From Ophelia neglecta (Eukaryota), in the NCBI GenBank assembly GCA_965285935.1, contig OZ260664.1:63612001-63676000 (forward strand): DNA of 64,000 bases, given 5' to 3'. Positions within the stretch are counted from its first letter, which is position 1, and each line of letters starts with the position of its first letter. The notes under the pieces are model-generated. The model made no database searches and had not been told where the DNA came from. It saw only the letters and a program-made list of their open reading frames with translations. The translations under genes and the position numbers were made by a program. Below are positions 26,701 through 41,300 of this stretch, one piece after another.

Positions 26701-29700
26701 AAGTCATTCTGAATGGAACCAAAAGTAGCTTCAGCAGGGATGGCATAAAAGTTTAAATCTGACACGATCAGACCACGTCTACCATCTGTTGTAGCAGAGA
26801 GTGTACGGTCCGAGTCAATTGCCCCAAGTCACCTGTTTAAAAGGCGGCTACAATCTCTTCGCTAGTTATTTACAAGTGGCCTACCTTGTAGTTGCCGACC
26901 GCTATCCTGTCACCCTCAGGTGTGGCTGCTCGGCGGAGACGCCAACAGTGGGCCTATCATCGGGTCGGTACTGGGCCGGGACATAGCGTCGAGACTGTCT
27001 CAGACTCTCACCTTTGTAGGACACAAATAATCATCAATTACCCAGTCGGGGGCCAGAGAGCGGTCTTTAATAACAGACTCTGTCACCTAGCTGCCTGCCC
27101 TTCACTTTGTAAACTAAATTAGCCCGCGCCAGTGGCAGCAACGCATTTTCCCATTGCGGTTATGATCACTGATGCGGTCTAGCCACGGGCCAACTTCATA
27201 ACAAGCTTAAAGTGCGTACTTTTGACCGGGGAAAGAAACATTCGAGGTTGTCTCCAGTCTGGGAGGGCGGACCACAATTTGGAGTGCTCCGCGGGCTGAC
27301 TGACCACCTACCCGAAAGGAGGACAGGAGATTGACGGCTTCAAGAGGCTTCCAGCCGGCTTCTGGCTGCCGAGCACTGGACTGTGGCATGGCTGGTCCGA
27401 TAGCCATGTGGCAAGCGGGGCATGTCAAGTAAGTTGACCAAGCTCCACATGACACCAAAACATGCGAAGATATTCCTAGCACTCGGGACAGAATTAGATA
27501 TCGACAAGAAAATATTTATTGCAAGTCCGTGTGTTCTTAAAGCTGTCCCATCAAAGCAGCTGCTGCAATTCAGTTGCTGCAGAAATATCACCAGTAGTCC
27601 TGGCAATGCCAACACACGCAATGTGCATTATTTTCTATCGATTCCATACGTCTGCATCGTTCACAGTTGTTATTATCCAGTAAAGTCTTGTTATTCAGCG
27701 TTTATTTCGCTTCTAAATCTTTTGTCTCTACAATTATATTAATTGAAAGGGCATTGCATAAAAAGCGCCGGGATAATCTACGACCTCGATATGCTCAGTG
27801 TCTAACTGATACACTGTCACCTACTCCTTACATTTTACAAAAATATCTGCACTTAACACAAACTGAGCTCGTCAATTTTCATAAAGACAGATCAGAAATG
27901 AAAGCAGATATATCTATCTTAATGTGTGTTCCATATGTGATCTTCACCGCCTTCAGATTTTATTGTGTTTCATTTTCAAGGCAATAACTTACAATTTGAG
28001 GCATCAAGCGACATGGGCACACGTGGTATCTTAAATCCCTCCAGCAAGCGCTAAGTGCTACAGGTGAAGGAGGGTAAGTACTTTAAGCTGTGTACCATAT
28101 AGTCTATGTGCCTAGGCCTATAGCGTATGATGGTACATTAACACTGTATGCTATTTTGTTAATAATTCAGCGATTCATCTAAAAGATCGGTTAAGCATGC
28201 ATGGTGAGCTCGAGCTTAATGCAAATTAGGCTTTAAATATGTTCAGATAAAGAAGACTGTCTGGTTTTCTTGTCATTTATTTAGGTTTTTTACTGAATCT
28301 GAACTAATTGTGTGTAAAAGCCTGAACACCATAGAGTAATTGGGTAAAATTTTGTATGGCCTTTGAAAACATAATGTTCAACATGTCGGCTTAAGGGGAT
28401 TAGGCCAGTGTGACACGGGTGATAAATATCAAGGAGTGTGGTATGACAACTTCATCACACACTTGGTTCGCTTGGTCGGCCTCTTATAAACTCATCAAAC
28501 ATCTGCTATGCGGCTTTGTTAACCGTCATCTAAAATGAAAGTGTTACTTTTAAAAACTCGTATTTTTTTCGCAATGCCTGTTTCAACGACTAATTCTCAT
28601 ACGGCTCTTTTGCCCGTTGAAGAGCGTCATTATTAACAGAAGTATGGTCTTTGTTAAATTGTACAATGGGGGTGTCATTGGCTGAAAAACGTTGAGGGTT
28701 ACAATAGGGCATGCCCTTGTTCACCTCGGACAAACACAGCTCCCCACATCTGGCCGGGACTACACAGTGACACAGATCACCGGTCAAAAACAGAAATCGA
28801 GAAATATCAAACACCAACTGATTGTGTCGCTGTGACAAAACTAGTCAATATTAGGACGAGCTTCCTCTCAATTTCACGGTTATAGTTCCAAAGCACGAGC
28901 CAGTAAAAAAGATCGAATAAGCACACGTTTTCTCAATATTAGGCTGTAAAGACGCCCCTCCCCACACACAGAGAATGCAAAGCGATTGTTTAAAGAATGA
29001 CCAGTGCGAGAGGAACTTACAGTGGACCTATTTGAGTAAAGGCCCTTGAGTAACGTGCCTAAGCCGGTAAGCAGTGATTGTTACAAGATCGTTGTGTATA
29101 ATTTCATCACAGAGGAAACTTGTCATCGATTTTCTTTCCTTTTACAAGTTTGGACAACAAATACTGCAGCACTACTGGTCAAACAAGCGAGTAGCGCGGC
29201 TATATTGAATGCCGACACGAAGCATATGAAATAGATATCAGGACATGCTATGGACAAGCGATCAAACAACCGACTTGTTATTGTGTTAACAGGAAGTATT
29301 TGACAGATATTGAAAATACAAGAGCGATACTAATGGATGTATGGCAGCCGTGGTGTGTCAGGAAATATGGAATGCATAAAATATCTCTTGCTCCATGTTT
29401 TCGCAAGCAGCCGAATGGTTATTTTCTTTCGACATTAAGCTGGGAGCAAGCAGGGCGCTTATAAAAACAACTGCAAATGGACGTTTAGGGAGCAGCGTAA
29501 CCAATGCCTATCTTAAGATATCATCACCAGCCAATATTGATCCCACTTATGTCTAGTGTAAACATATTATGCCTGAATGGGACAGAGAATGAGCTGTAGG
29601 ACCATGACCTAGTTTGTGCTCAAGTCCCTCTAACGCTCTTCTGTGGCTCTTTGAGTTGACATCACACGCTAAACGGATCAGTGCAAATCTCTTTCTTCAA

Positions 29701-32180
29701 TATCAATCAATTTCCGATTCTTTCTCAGCTCGCTTTCACCAAATCTTGTAAGCACTAGCTGTGGGACAAGTAAGCGAGTAATAAGTGTGACACAAGTGTC
29801 CCAAAGTCAATCCGGGTCACTTGGGTGTGAGCGTCCCTCGTTGATGACCATCGGATTGCAATCCAACTAATCTCCAATGATCTCGCAGCCGGAACCAGTA
29901 ATGGACGCCAGGCTACAATAAACGTCTGATAGAAACGCCATTGGTTGACCATTAATTATGACATAATTTATTAACCGGTAGTTGGTGCCAAGTTAGATTA
30001 TCCCCCGGCAAACTCGCCACAGGGGCGAGGGATGTTATGGTACTTATCGACCGGGACATCAAGATCTGTTTCCGACTTCGGGAGATATTGTTGTTGAATG
30101 ATACGTCTCAAGACATTTCAAGTTTCTACAAACACTTTATCCCAGGAGCTCTAGTATTATCATTACAAATCGCACTAGATAAATGCATGACTCCGAATAA
30201 GAACCTTTGAACCCGCTAACTAGTAGCCAACGGTATAAGATATCTATATACATATCATTGCAAACATCCCACAGGCAGTCATATGACACGTCTGCTAATA
30301 GATTTACCATCTGCTATATGTGTTGGTATGAAAACAAGATAAAGTAAGTATTGCGACAGAATGATATGCACAAGCTATATTGATAAATAGGTTAAATTGA
30401 CCTAAACTACAGCAACATCATAACACTTCAGGATTATCCGCACGTTAGTTCAATAGCGCAGAACAATATAAGTCCATTTACCGTGTCATTTCACTTTTGT
30501 TTCGGCCAGATTGCCTTTTGACTGCAAGCAAGAAGTGGCCATCCAGCTAAATCGCTATTTGCAAAGCTTTGTTCGCTCGCCATTAGTTTAATTGTGGAAC
30601 CCCCGCAGCATTTAGTCGGCGGTGAACCAACAAGGACCCTAAGAGGTCCTTCAGTTCCATCAACATAATTCTCTAATTTAGAAATAATTCCTCTTATGAC
30701 TGCTTCGCACTGTGCTTTCTTGACTGAATGTTGGTCGTTGAGTGGTTGATAATATTTTGATGGCCTCAATTTTCATTTTATGCCCAAAAATCTGCAACGA
30801 CTGAGTACCGAACCACAAAACGAAGTGACAGGTCGGTCAGTCAAAGACTTTTTCATTCGCAGGAATTACCTTTTTCCAAGCATAATGTGGACAGTAATCA
30901 GAATAATAGCCATGTAAGATGTATACAGCCGCGCCGGCTGAAGTATTCATCTTGACAGGGCATAAACGAGCGATCTGGAGCTAACGCACAATTATGACTG
31001 CAGGTTGGAAAAAATACCCTCCCAGCCTGCCTCATCCACTGGTGATAAAATATTAATGAACACAATAACGCATGGGAAAATGGGATCATAAAGTATGGTG
31101 AAAAAGCGGTAGAGCTCCCAAGCCCCTCGGAAAAGAAGACGGTCATTTGACCTCTACCAAATGTAACGTTTAAACCGGCGAAAAGCACAGGTTTGACAAG
31201 GGCAGTCACAATAGAGATAGCCCCGTAAACTGTCAAGAACCGGAGCTTTTTTTTTTAACAAGAATACTCTGGTCTGGCAAATGTTTCTGACCTTCTACTG
31301 GTGATTCACGGGACCGAAGTTGCCTTACGGGCGCACATTAACAGCGAGGTCGGAATAAATGAATTACGGTACTATGTTATGTAACGTTTTTATAATCGGA
31401 CGGGTGGGACATATACATAGAAACTGGCGGCTTCCATGCAGACGTCTTTACCAGGCATGTGTGCAATATGCTTCAGGTGGTATTAACAATGAAGCAACTT
31501 CTCGTGAAACGCACTAAAGTGCTATTAAGCACCCTAACATTACCATCACTAAGGCTGTAATAAGAATTTTATATCCAGCCGAGCATTAAGGCTTATTGCC
31601 TAGAAAGATGATAGGTGCATATATTTTCCAGCCAATGTGAGACAACAAACTACAAGAACTGTCTAAAACTGACATTTCTTTGACTGTTAACGTTTGTTAT
31701 TCCAGTTCAAATGAGACAAAACCAGGGCTAGAGCCTCTGACTTGATATGCATGTGACACGAGTCTGCCATAAACTGGCTAGTCGACTGACTCGAGCAGCT
31801 GCCCCCAACTACGGTCATCTGCTACAACTAGGGTAAATTACCTCAATCCCGATAGCCCACCATGCTTTAGTTACTAACCTATTTGTCATCATATTCTCAG
31901 GGGCATCCAAAGAAAATGGAGGTCAATTTGGTGGAAAATACTAAGACAAGTAAAAACTGCGGAATAATACTCATGGAGGGCTTATTAAAGGGGTTTCTTT
32001 AAGTTGGAATCGAAAAGATCTGTTTTTATGTTTCAGAAAGCTGGCAGATGTAAGAGCAGCCATGCAGCTACATATTTCGCTGCTCCCCAGCAGCACACAC
32101 ACATTATGTATTATGCAATTATATTGCAATTTTCAATACCTTCATTGGAGTGCTTTACATTAAAAGTCTACATATCAGCC

Positions 32181-32303
32181 TCTAGCAGATGATCTGATGA
32201 TAGCCAGCCAAGAAGTTTATAAGCTAATCTGTTCTTATGTGGTAATTTTGCTAGCCAGCTAAAAGCTAGTGTAATTAGAAAAGAATCTGATTTTCATCAG
32301 AAC
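32181..32303 (+). repeat. Short dispersed repeat, copy 1 (MITE-like, TCTGATG...CATCAGA ends)
   Basis: Aligns by eye with 51776-51888 (tctag.agatgatctgatg..agccagccaa.aagtttata.gct..tctgttct.atg...taattttgctagccagct.aaag...ttcatcagaac). Confidence 0.8.
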
Positions 32304-35300
32304 CGATCGTTGAGTGTCTATAGTAGTCACTACGTATCCGGTACAAGATCAAACCAAGCTATTTTTAATTGGTTTTGCATTTATTGTATCTATGTGCTAT
32401 ACGAATGCCCGAAATGGTAAAGCCAGTAGTAGCGATATGTTATACTTTATACGTGATTCAATATAACTCTCGGCTCGTAGCTACTTCTTGGCAATGCTTA
32501 ATGAGACGGAGTAATGTCCCAACCGCAGCTGTCAAACCCTTTGATTACCCCGGCGAAGCATATTGAACAGTGCGCTGGTATGCCGCACATTTCTGCAAAC
32601 ATGCTCTCATCTATACAAGCTATTTATCGAGTTCTAAACTGTTTACTAACAGTGTCCTGCATGTCATCGCTGTACACCTGGTACGAGCGCTCATCAAGAA
32701 ACTAAACTGGTAGCCAATCTAACTTCCTTAGTCTCTCCTGCAGGCACTTCCGGTTCAGGAACACCCAAAGTCGAGCATCTCCTCACAGGAAGAGCACGAA
32801 CCATGGACCAGCGTGGACTTAGCAGGCGAGGACATGAGCTATACACTAGGTCTGGCCTACGCTAGTGTGGGGTACTCGTATAATATGCCACCAAGTAATT
32901 GAATTCAGACGTTAGCAGATTACAGGCATGCCTCGGCTGTTTTCATTTGGCTGCCATCAAAATATCGCCTCTCTCATCTGTTTCAAGCTCTCGTCTGGGA
33001 CTCCAATTTGACATTGCAGATATTCTGATGATCGTTTAGGAAATAACGAGCAAATCTAACGCCAAACAACAGCCGCTCCCCAAAGCGACGTCATACCCAA
33101 AGTAAGTGTGCCCTGTCGTCGATGAAAATGATATGACAATAGCGACTTCCCATAAAGCCGCCATAACGTACGTCTGCCTGATGTGGAATTCACCAGAAGC
33201 CAACTCTTGATGACATTGTCACAATAATTTGGCCGCAAAACATGCCCGGCGGCATGATTTGTTTTCTAATGGGTGAAGTGTCCACATCGGACACGTATAT
33301 TACATTCTGTCAGCCCATTGCTGCTAGCAAATAGACAGACAAGGCTAGCAAGTGCTGTTGCTGACACTTTTGTCAGCTACCAAGATTCTGCTTTGCAGAA
33401 TGTCAGAATACGTGTACCTGAAGCTGTAAGGGGACGGAAGTCCTGACAGGGTGGGGACCGAAGACAAGACCGGGCGAAAGTAGATCGGACAGGGAGTAGT
33501 CAAATAACTGCTCACCTCTACGTTTCCCGTGTCGAGATGGTCGAGATAAGTGTGTTATATCCAAGCGTTCTGCTCCCCTCACTGTCTCGTCTGACTGTAG
33601 GGCTCTACCAAACAACATTACATTCAGAAAGATAAATGTCCGCCAAAATACGCGAAGTAAAATTATCTTCCATTATCACTGCTGGCTTATTTCCTTGCGT
33701 TAAACAACAAGAATATTAAAGAAACTGGCCAATGAGCATATGTCTGCCACAATCACAGCAGGTGCAGATGGTCTAAATGTCTTGGGTGAAGATCAATCAG
33801 GAATTCTCTAGAGCTTTATCGAGATAAGATAAGATGACACACCTCTTCAAAGGCGAGAACCCCTGAAAGTGTCTGCTGTTTGTAACCATGATGGCAAATA
33901 ATAGCCAGCCCAAGTGTGCAAAATGAATCTCGCTCGAATGTGGTCACACCTAGGTACAATGCTAACCTTGCACTCATCGGATTCATGCACCACATGTCGT
34001 CTGCTGGCAAAGGAAAATTGGCTTTTCAATTACTAACTAAGTTTGCCCCATCGACTTGGGCGCTGAATACTTTGTTGCCATTGTAATTTATCAAAATTGA
34101 CGTCTCTATATAGCTTCGAGCAGCAGACACCGTACGCATTTCCGCTGTCCGCTGGCGAAGAACATCAATAAATTAAACTTGTAAGCCCAAAGCAGGGAAC
34201 AACTCACAAAGAAAAGTGGCCAGACTATGGCTAAAATAGGTGGCAACCATTGAAAATCGCGGCATGAAATTATCACCCAATTAAGCCGTCATTAGGCCAT
34301 ATTAGTTCATTATGAGCTGAATACATGAAGCTAGTGGGTAAACGGACTGCAGCTTTGTGACTTAGCAACTTTGTTTTAAGTTGGTCACCTTTCTGATTCA
34401 CTAGCCACTCAATCCTGAAAGTAAAAATATCACGTGACATTGATTAATACCAGCTTATGTATAGTATCGGACTTAGGTACCTAACTGTTACGAGACATGG
34501 CTATAGTACAGTGTAAATCCTCCCCCAGATTTAAGGTCCGACTGTAAGAACAGGACCTAATTGAAAACCACAACAATGCTTTTTCCATTAGCTAAAGGAA
34601 CAATGTTACTATTGTTAGTAATGATTAAGGTAGCATTATTTCCTAATGGTGGGCAGAGATTAAAATATGTATATTCATTCCTGTGGTCGATCTCGGCGGC
34701 TAACCACATAGGGGGGCTAACTCCTTGGTCTCTACGCGCCAAATCTCTAAGGAATCTTGGAAGACAATCAAAGAAATAAATTTTCCAGACCTAATACCCT
34801 GGCAATAGGAACCGCGGCCCGGTGGGATTTCCAAAGAGTTGGCGCAGACTGTCGGATGACCAAAATGGTATTCGTTCATACAACCAAGGGCAAAACGAAA
34901 TATTCTGACTGTTACGTAGGCCTATACTAAGAAATAAAATCAACGCAATAAGACGAGCGGATGAGTTTAATGACAAAGAAAACTAGTTTGACGACAGAAT
35001 AAGACAGAGAACTACAGCCAGGCAATTAAGGACGTGTCAGCATGAAGATTCAGCTAGTTTATGGTACTGCACCGGCTAAAAGAGAATCAATAGGCAATAT
35101 TCCTGAAAACATTACTGCGTCTTTGTGGTGTAAAGAGCCAACTGTGAATATTACACAGCGATAACCCAACTCAATGTTCATTAAAAAGAGCGGTAGTCTA
35201 ACACTACAAGGAAACAGGAAGATCAATAATTATGAATAGCCCCGCAAAATTGAGCGCAAATGAATGTAGTCCAGGGATCTCCTGTTGGCCATGCTACCGT

Positions 35301-38300
35301 CTACTCACATTATCTCCAATAAACAGGCTCGAATCTCATCTGTATAGGAGGGGGCTGTGGAGCCTACACTTACCTCTCTTGATAAGAGTCAGCGATAATA
35401 TAACAGCAGTAAGCTGAATAATGACTCTTATAAAAGTCGGCATGCAATGTTTTACTCGGCATGAAGACGGCTAAAAGTTTAGGTTTACCGCTTTCGCCTT
35501 CTGCAGTTTCTAATTAAATCAATAAATCATAGGCCATATCCCCGCCCAGACGACAGTCCGACACCAGCATGTGACGTAATATGAGTCACAGGGCACACTT
35601 CCGCCATTGCGGTAGTGGCGTTGACATTTTAGGCAAGCCAAATAGCTTCATCAGCAAAATGGTTGACTCACCATTAAAACAGAATGCCTTTACGAGTTAG
35701 GCTTACAAGAGATATGAGAACGATCTTTTCAAATGTCACATTCCAGTAGATTGAATGCAGATATAAATGTTTACTCACGTATGATTTGTGTTTACACTGC
35801 TGCAGATGAGATTTCTCATTATTTTTCCCAGGTGGGTTGGGGAGGAGACTCGCCTATATGGCGGAAGCGAAATTGTCGTCTGGGTGTAGAACGGAACGCT
35901 TGGCAATGAATTCAATTCGAAAGCTATGGATTTGTGGATTATCCGCAAAACTGGTTCAACAACATATAAGTTTGATATTCACATCCGAACAAGCACAGCA
36001 AAATGCGACACATAGCTCCGCGAGTTCAAGTCTATCAGTAATGGTACCCTTAGAAAATATTCAATAGCCTTATCTGGTACGAATTAGAATTAGGACAATA
36101 GGTATATTACTCTCTATGGCAGGTTGCATGGCACTGGCATTAAAGAACAATTGCTTGCTTTCATATTATAATTGTTCTTAATCTTGTTCGTAGGTAAATA
36201 TTGTCAGATCAGTTACGGAATGTGCGCTTGTCTGTTAGTTGCGCTTAACTCTTATAGGTGTTTACATGCAGCAGGCATTCATCGCCAGGTCGGAAATAAT
36301 AAACCTCGAATTAAGCTCTGACGGATAGTACTGTTGAATTGCAATGCTTATTTCCCGAGGGCATCGAACACTGTTCTAGGGCATGGGGCGTACAAATGAC
36401 AAATTGGGGCACATAAGAAATATGTAGAGTCAACAAAACTTCAATGTTAGGCCCTAGACGCTAAGCGAGGTCCATTCACCGGAAAAATAAAGACTGTAAG
36501 GCAAATGAAATCACAATTAACTCATAGGTCGGATTTTGATCAATATGTCAATTTTGCATAACTTATATTTCAACGGTCCCAGAGTTTTCCTCACCAAAGC
36601 CCCTACAAGAAACCATCGGCTTATAGGATCAAGTCCACTGAACAATATGGATGTAACCCCATGCCGCTAAGCGTGGATTTAAAATTGCCACTTTGAAATG
36701 GTAGAAACACGGCGTGAATAAAAGTAACATTGGGGGCTCTGTGTGAGAATAGCCCCGCATAGAAACACGTTGTGTGATCACAACGTCTCAAACCTAAGAT
36801 TACTTTTTGATTTTTTCGATGCATTCAAATTACAAATAGAAGAGACTATATCATACACCTCATCAGCTGTATATATTATATTGACCACTGTTAAAGTTGA
36901 TATTAATTGGTTAGTTAAACAGTCGGATAGACGCCTTGCTGGATTTCCTCTTGAACGAACCAAATGAGGGTTCGAAGCGTGAAGATTAAGTTTCCTCTCA
37001 GTCACCTACTTGATAGAGAAACATCTACTATACTTTAGGGGTTTCATTGTGTGTCAACTTGTATCCAGAGACTGACCGAGTGGTAATTCGTAAATGATGT
37101 AGGTGTATTGGGCACTGCCTGATACCAGCAGAGGAAAGCTCTTTAAAAGAGAGGGGGCCTTTTATATATAAATAAAGTAATCCTTAGGCTTATGTCGGAG
37201 GGTTAAAGGATGTAAACGAGGAGCTGTTTGACAGACATGGCTTACTGCTAAATGTCAGGGTGGTTTAATAAATTAACTGTCTGTATAGAACCAAACACTA
37301 TTAACTTGTGAGCCGATATAGGATCTAAATTGAAATGACCTTTAACGTCACGTAATGAAGGACCACCACCCTGGGTCACGAGGAGAGAAAGCCTGCCTAA
37401 ATTACCCCCGCCTTTACCAAAATCAACACGATACAGCAGGGGTTTCATTTTATAGCGTGCTTGTCATGGATCTACAGCATAATTGTGCGTCTGCCTCAAT
37501 CATCGCTCACATTTAACCGCGTAGAAATACACCCCTGACAAGACCGAATAACATACATCAACTATAAAATCACTAAATTTGTCTCAATTAGATGTGCCTC
37601 TGTCGTGACACCGGATGCCGAAACAATGTGATCCACGTTTATGTTTACCTTTATGAAAGGTCAATAAAAAGGCTAAATTGACAGGTATATTTCCCCCCGC
37701 CAAGAGTTAGGAGCTTGTTAATGTTGCCTTGGTGAAGTTGGCTCTATTGAAACTCTCTGAGCCATTAACTTCAACAAGACTCCATTGCCATTTTCGCCTT
37801 GCCCAATTTCGTTTCTTAATAAGGTCAATCTGGCAATGGCCCCATATATAGGCCGGTCTACATGTACATATAACTTCCCTGGCGAACGATCAGTCAATGT
37901 AAGATTAATGTAGAAATAAGTTCATTTGGAACATTAGACAATGAATACGCCCATCTTATCATTAAATGAAGATACCATTATTATATGAAGATAAATTTCG
38001 GTGTCAGAATTCGAAAGGAGATAATTTTGGTTTAATGATGGGCAAGCTGCATGTGGTCCTGGCTTAACCTCTTTTGACGCGTCCTTCTAAAATCTGAAAT
38101 AACTTCTTGATAGGAATCTAGGCGATTCTAGTCATCTACAGTTCAAATTTCGTGCCTGACAGAAAAGATGACATATGGACGGGGAAAAGTCTTAGAACTG
38201 TCGGGAAAAAGCCCGTGTCTGTATTCTTCCCAATGATATTAAGGGCTGGAGCATTGAGTATGATGGACGAGTCGGTCTATAGGCCAAGTGAAGTTTTTTT

Positions 38301-41300
38301 TTCCGAATTACGCCAGTAGACATCTTAATGCAGACAATGTTGTATGAGCATGAATATTATCACAAAATAATTTAAGGGCGTTTTCCAGTTTTCTGTGCCT
38401 GTTCCAATAACAACAGGGGTGGATAACCCCATTACCCTGTCGCCCATTTTCTTTTATTTTTAATCTGGCATTAGATACATTATTAAATGCATTTGTTCTT
38501 TATAATCACTATATCCATCAGCTCTAGTGATTAATGCCGAGACGTTTCTTGAAATCGGGTAGGATTGCGGGCGAAGACCCAGGCCCCAACTCATTTGAGT
38601 GTGCTCACACGTTTTACATTAGGTCTAAAAATAGAAGTTAAAACTTCTGGTAATCACTTTATGGCCTAGGCGTCAATAAATTTCAACCATACATTTTTCC
38701 AGCCGGCGATTTACAAAGAGTTATGATTACAATTACTTTAATTTGATTAAGGCTCTATACATGGTCTATATTATGTTTCAGCTTTCAAACCATAGATATA
38801 GTTACTTACAAAAAAGTGTGCACACAATCATATAAGGCCAAACCATATCCAATTAGATAGATGTCACTATTGAAATCAACACAAAAGCACAAACCATCCC
38901 AAGCTCTCATCACTTCTATAGCCAACTACAAAAGCATGTATACCGTACGTTTTTTTGGACTACCATGTACGAATGGCTTGTAGCTACTAGAAAATGTGTG
39001 ACACAATAATGTCACCAACCAAATGGATGCCTACATGGCTTGACGTGATTCAACTAGGTCTAGGCAAGGAACTTGTCAGAATATATTTGCGGGCGTAGAG
39101 GGGGGGGGGACATCCCCCAAATTCAAGAGGCGGATATAAAATGCCCACCCACCCCAACATCCCATCACCAGCGCAATCAGTCAAAAAATATCTCTGATGG
39201 AAGCGCGACCTGAGGAAGTTTGAAGAATTGCCAGTTCGAAGGAATCGCGCTCCGAAGAAATCTTCTTCTGAATAAAATATACTCTTACTGAGGGGAGGAT
39301 ATTCTCAGGCTTAGAGGAAGCATGCACGGCCTTGAGGCAGTAACTCGCTCCGGAAGATGCATGTTATGAAGACAGCAAACTGTTAACGCGGTCAGCACGA
39401 GGAAAACGCGATCCAATGAAATCAGTTTACCTGACGGAAGTGGGCTCTGGAGGAAGCGAGCCCTTAAGGATAAAGATTCTTTTGATGAGGTCTTATTACA
39501 ATACATTTTACTTTCACTCCCTAGGTTTGGTACCTTTTGGTCCCGTTGCCTTCATTGTACATAATTATACACAACATCATCGCGAAATTCGCTCCTGATC
39601 ACCCGGCATACTTAAAATTCCCTCATTTTATCATTAACTGTGAAAAATTGCTGACATTCAAATACATCAGCTGTTTTTGACTGTTACAAAATTTCGGCCT
39701 CGTTCCTCACAGATTCAAAATATTATTCTTTTCCCAGCCAATCCACTATAGTATAGCCTGGCCATGTGAGTTTTTCCCTAGTTTGAGTTAAAGCCTATGT
39801 GTCAGTTACGTCTGCAATAACTCGTAAATTCACTTTTCAATTACACTGAGAGCCAAGCACGGGGATTAAAGCTGCGTCTTTCGGCGATGGGCATAGGTTG
39901 TTGTATCTATTACTTCCACAGCTCAAAGCGGTAAAAATAAATTTGAAGAACTGCAAAGATTGGATCCAACAGAATAGTAGGCCTGCCAGAGGAGGCTGAG
40001 AAAATCGATTTCTACTTATTTTCCGCTTATGCGAAACCCCACTTGTAGTTTTAGGCAGCCGAAGGTGTGCACGAGACAACTAAAGTAATCATTCAATACA
40101 TCTGCCTCTAGTCTACGACACGTCTTTGTCCTCAATCTCTCCGCGGCCTCAACTACAAATTGGGTTATCATCTTGAAGAATTAGCACCCCTTGCAAACGA
40201 GTCTTAATTCGATTAAATTTGTCAGGTTCATCAGTGGCCTTTGAATCAAAGGAGTTCTCAGCGGAATTTTCTCTGACTATATCAAACGTTTGTCCCCCCC
40301 TACGAGGCGATAACTCGAACCACTCCACGGCACCTGTCGATTTCTTCATTAAAATCATATTACGCCTTCATTTGGGACATATTTCTCGGGCGTTAATTAC
40401 GGCTAAGTCGGGAATAATCTGTCGATATCATGCGCTGGCTAGATAAGAAAGTGGCATGCTCGATGCACATCCTCGTCGTCGCACGCAAATTTAAATACCT
40501 GGCCAATCAGGCGCAATCAAGAACATCGGTGCCGGACCAACATCTATCAAGAGTGCGCGAAACAAGCACAGGAAGACAGACGGTAGGGCCTAATGAATTG
40601 GTCGGAGTTGTTGGATCTCTCGCTGCCGGCGGATTTATCACTCAAATAGGCCTAACAAATCCTTTCCCCTCTCCCCTCTCTGTCTTTGTGAATCAGTTTG
40701 CATGCCTCCAAGACCTAACGAATAGGGTTGTTAATAGAATAAAAATACGCCATTCCATCTCATCCCAACCCCTAATCAAACGTTGTGGTCACTTTATGGG
40801 CCTATAATACACCGAGTGACCAGTAATATTGTCCTGCTGCCTGCCAATTTTCAGCTAAATAGCCAGAGATGAACACGTGAAGCACCTGCCAATTGGCAGA
40901 TAATGGTGTAGGTCGTTGTTCCTTTACTCTACGCTGCTCTGTTAAACGAGAGGAGCAACTCAAGACGACTCCGCGGGGGTGGCGAATGATAGGTTTCCTT
41001 TGCCGGACACAGTTTACTCGTCTAGGACAAACACCACACGACAGGGAATGAGACCCTCTGCAAGCACCATTATACCGGAGGTATAGGTGATCGGTTCTGT
41101 TCTGTGACACCAAGAAAATATTATTTGCTTAGAGAAATCCAGGGGGGATTCAACTCGATTACCCAATGACTGATCACGCCCTGAGGTGCCCTATGCTGGG
41201 GTCGCTGCAATGTACAGCAGACGGCTCCGAATACTATAACTCTGTAGTATAATCAAAAATGGTGAAAAGTGTGATTGAAGGGGTGGTTAATCGACTGACA

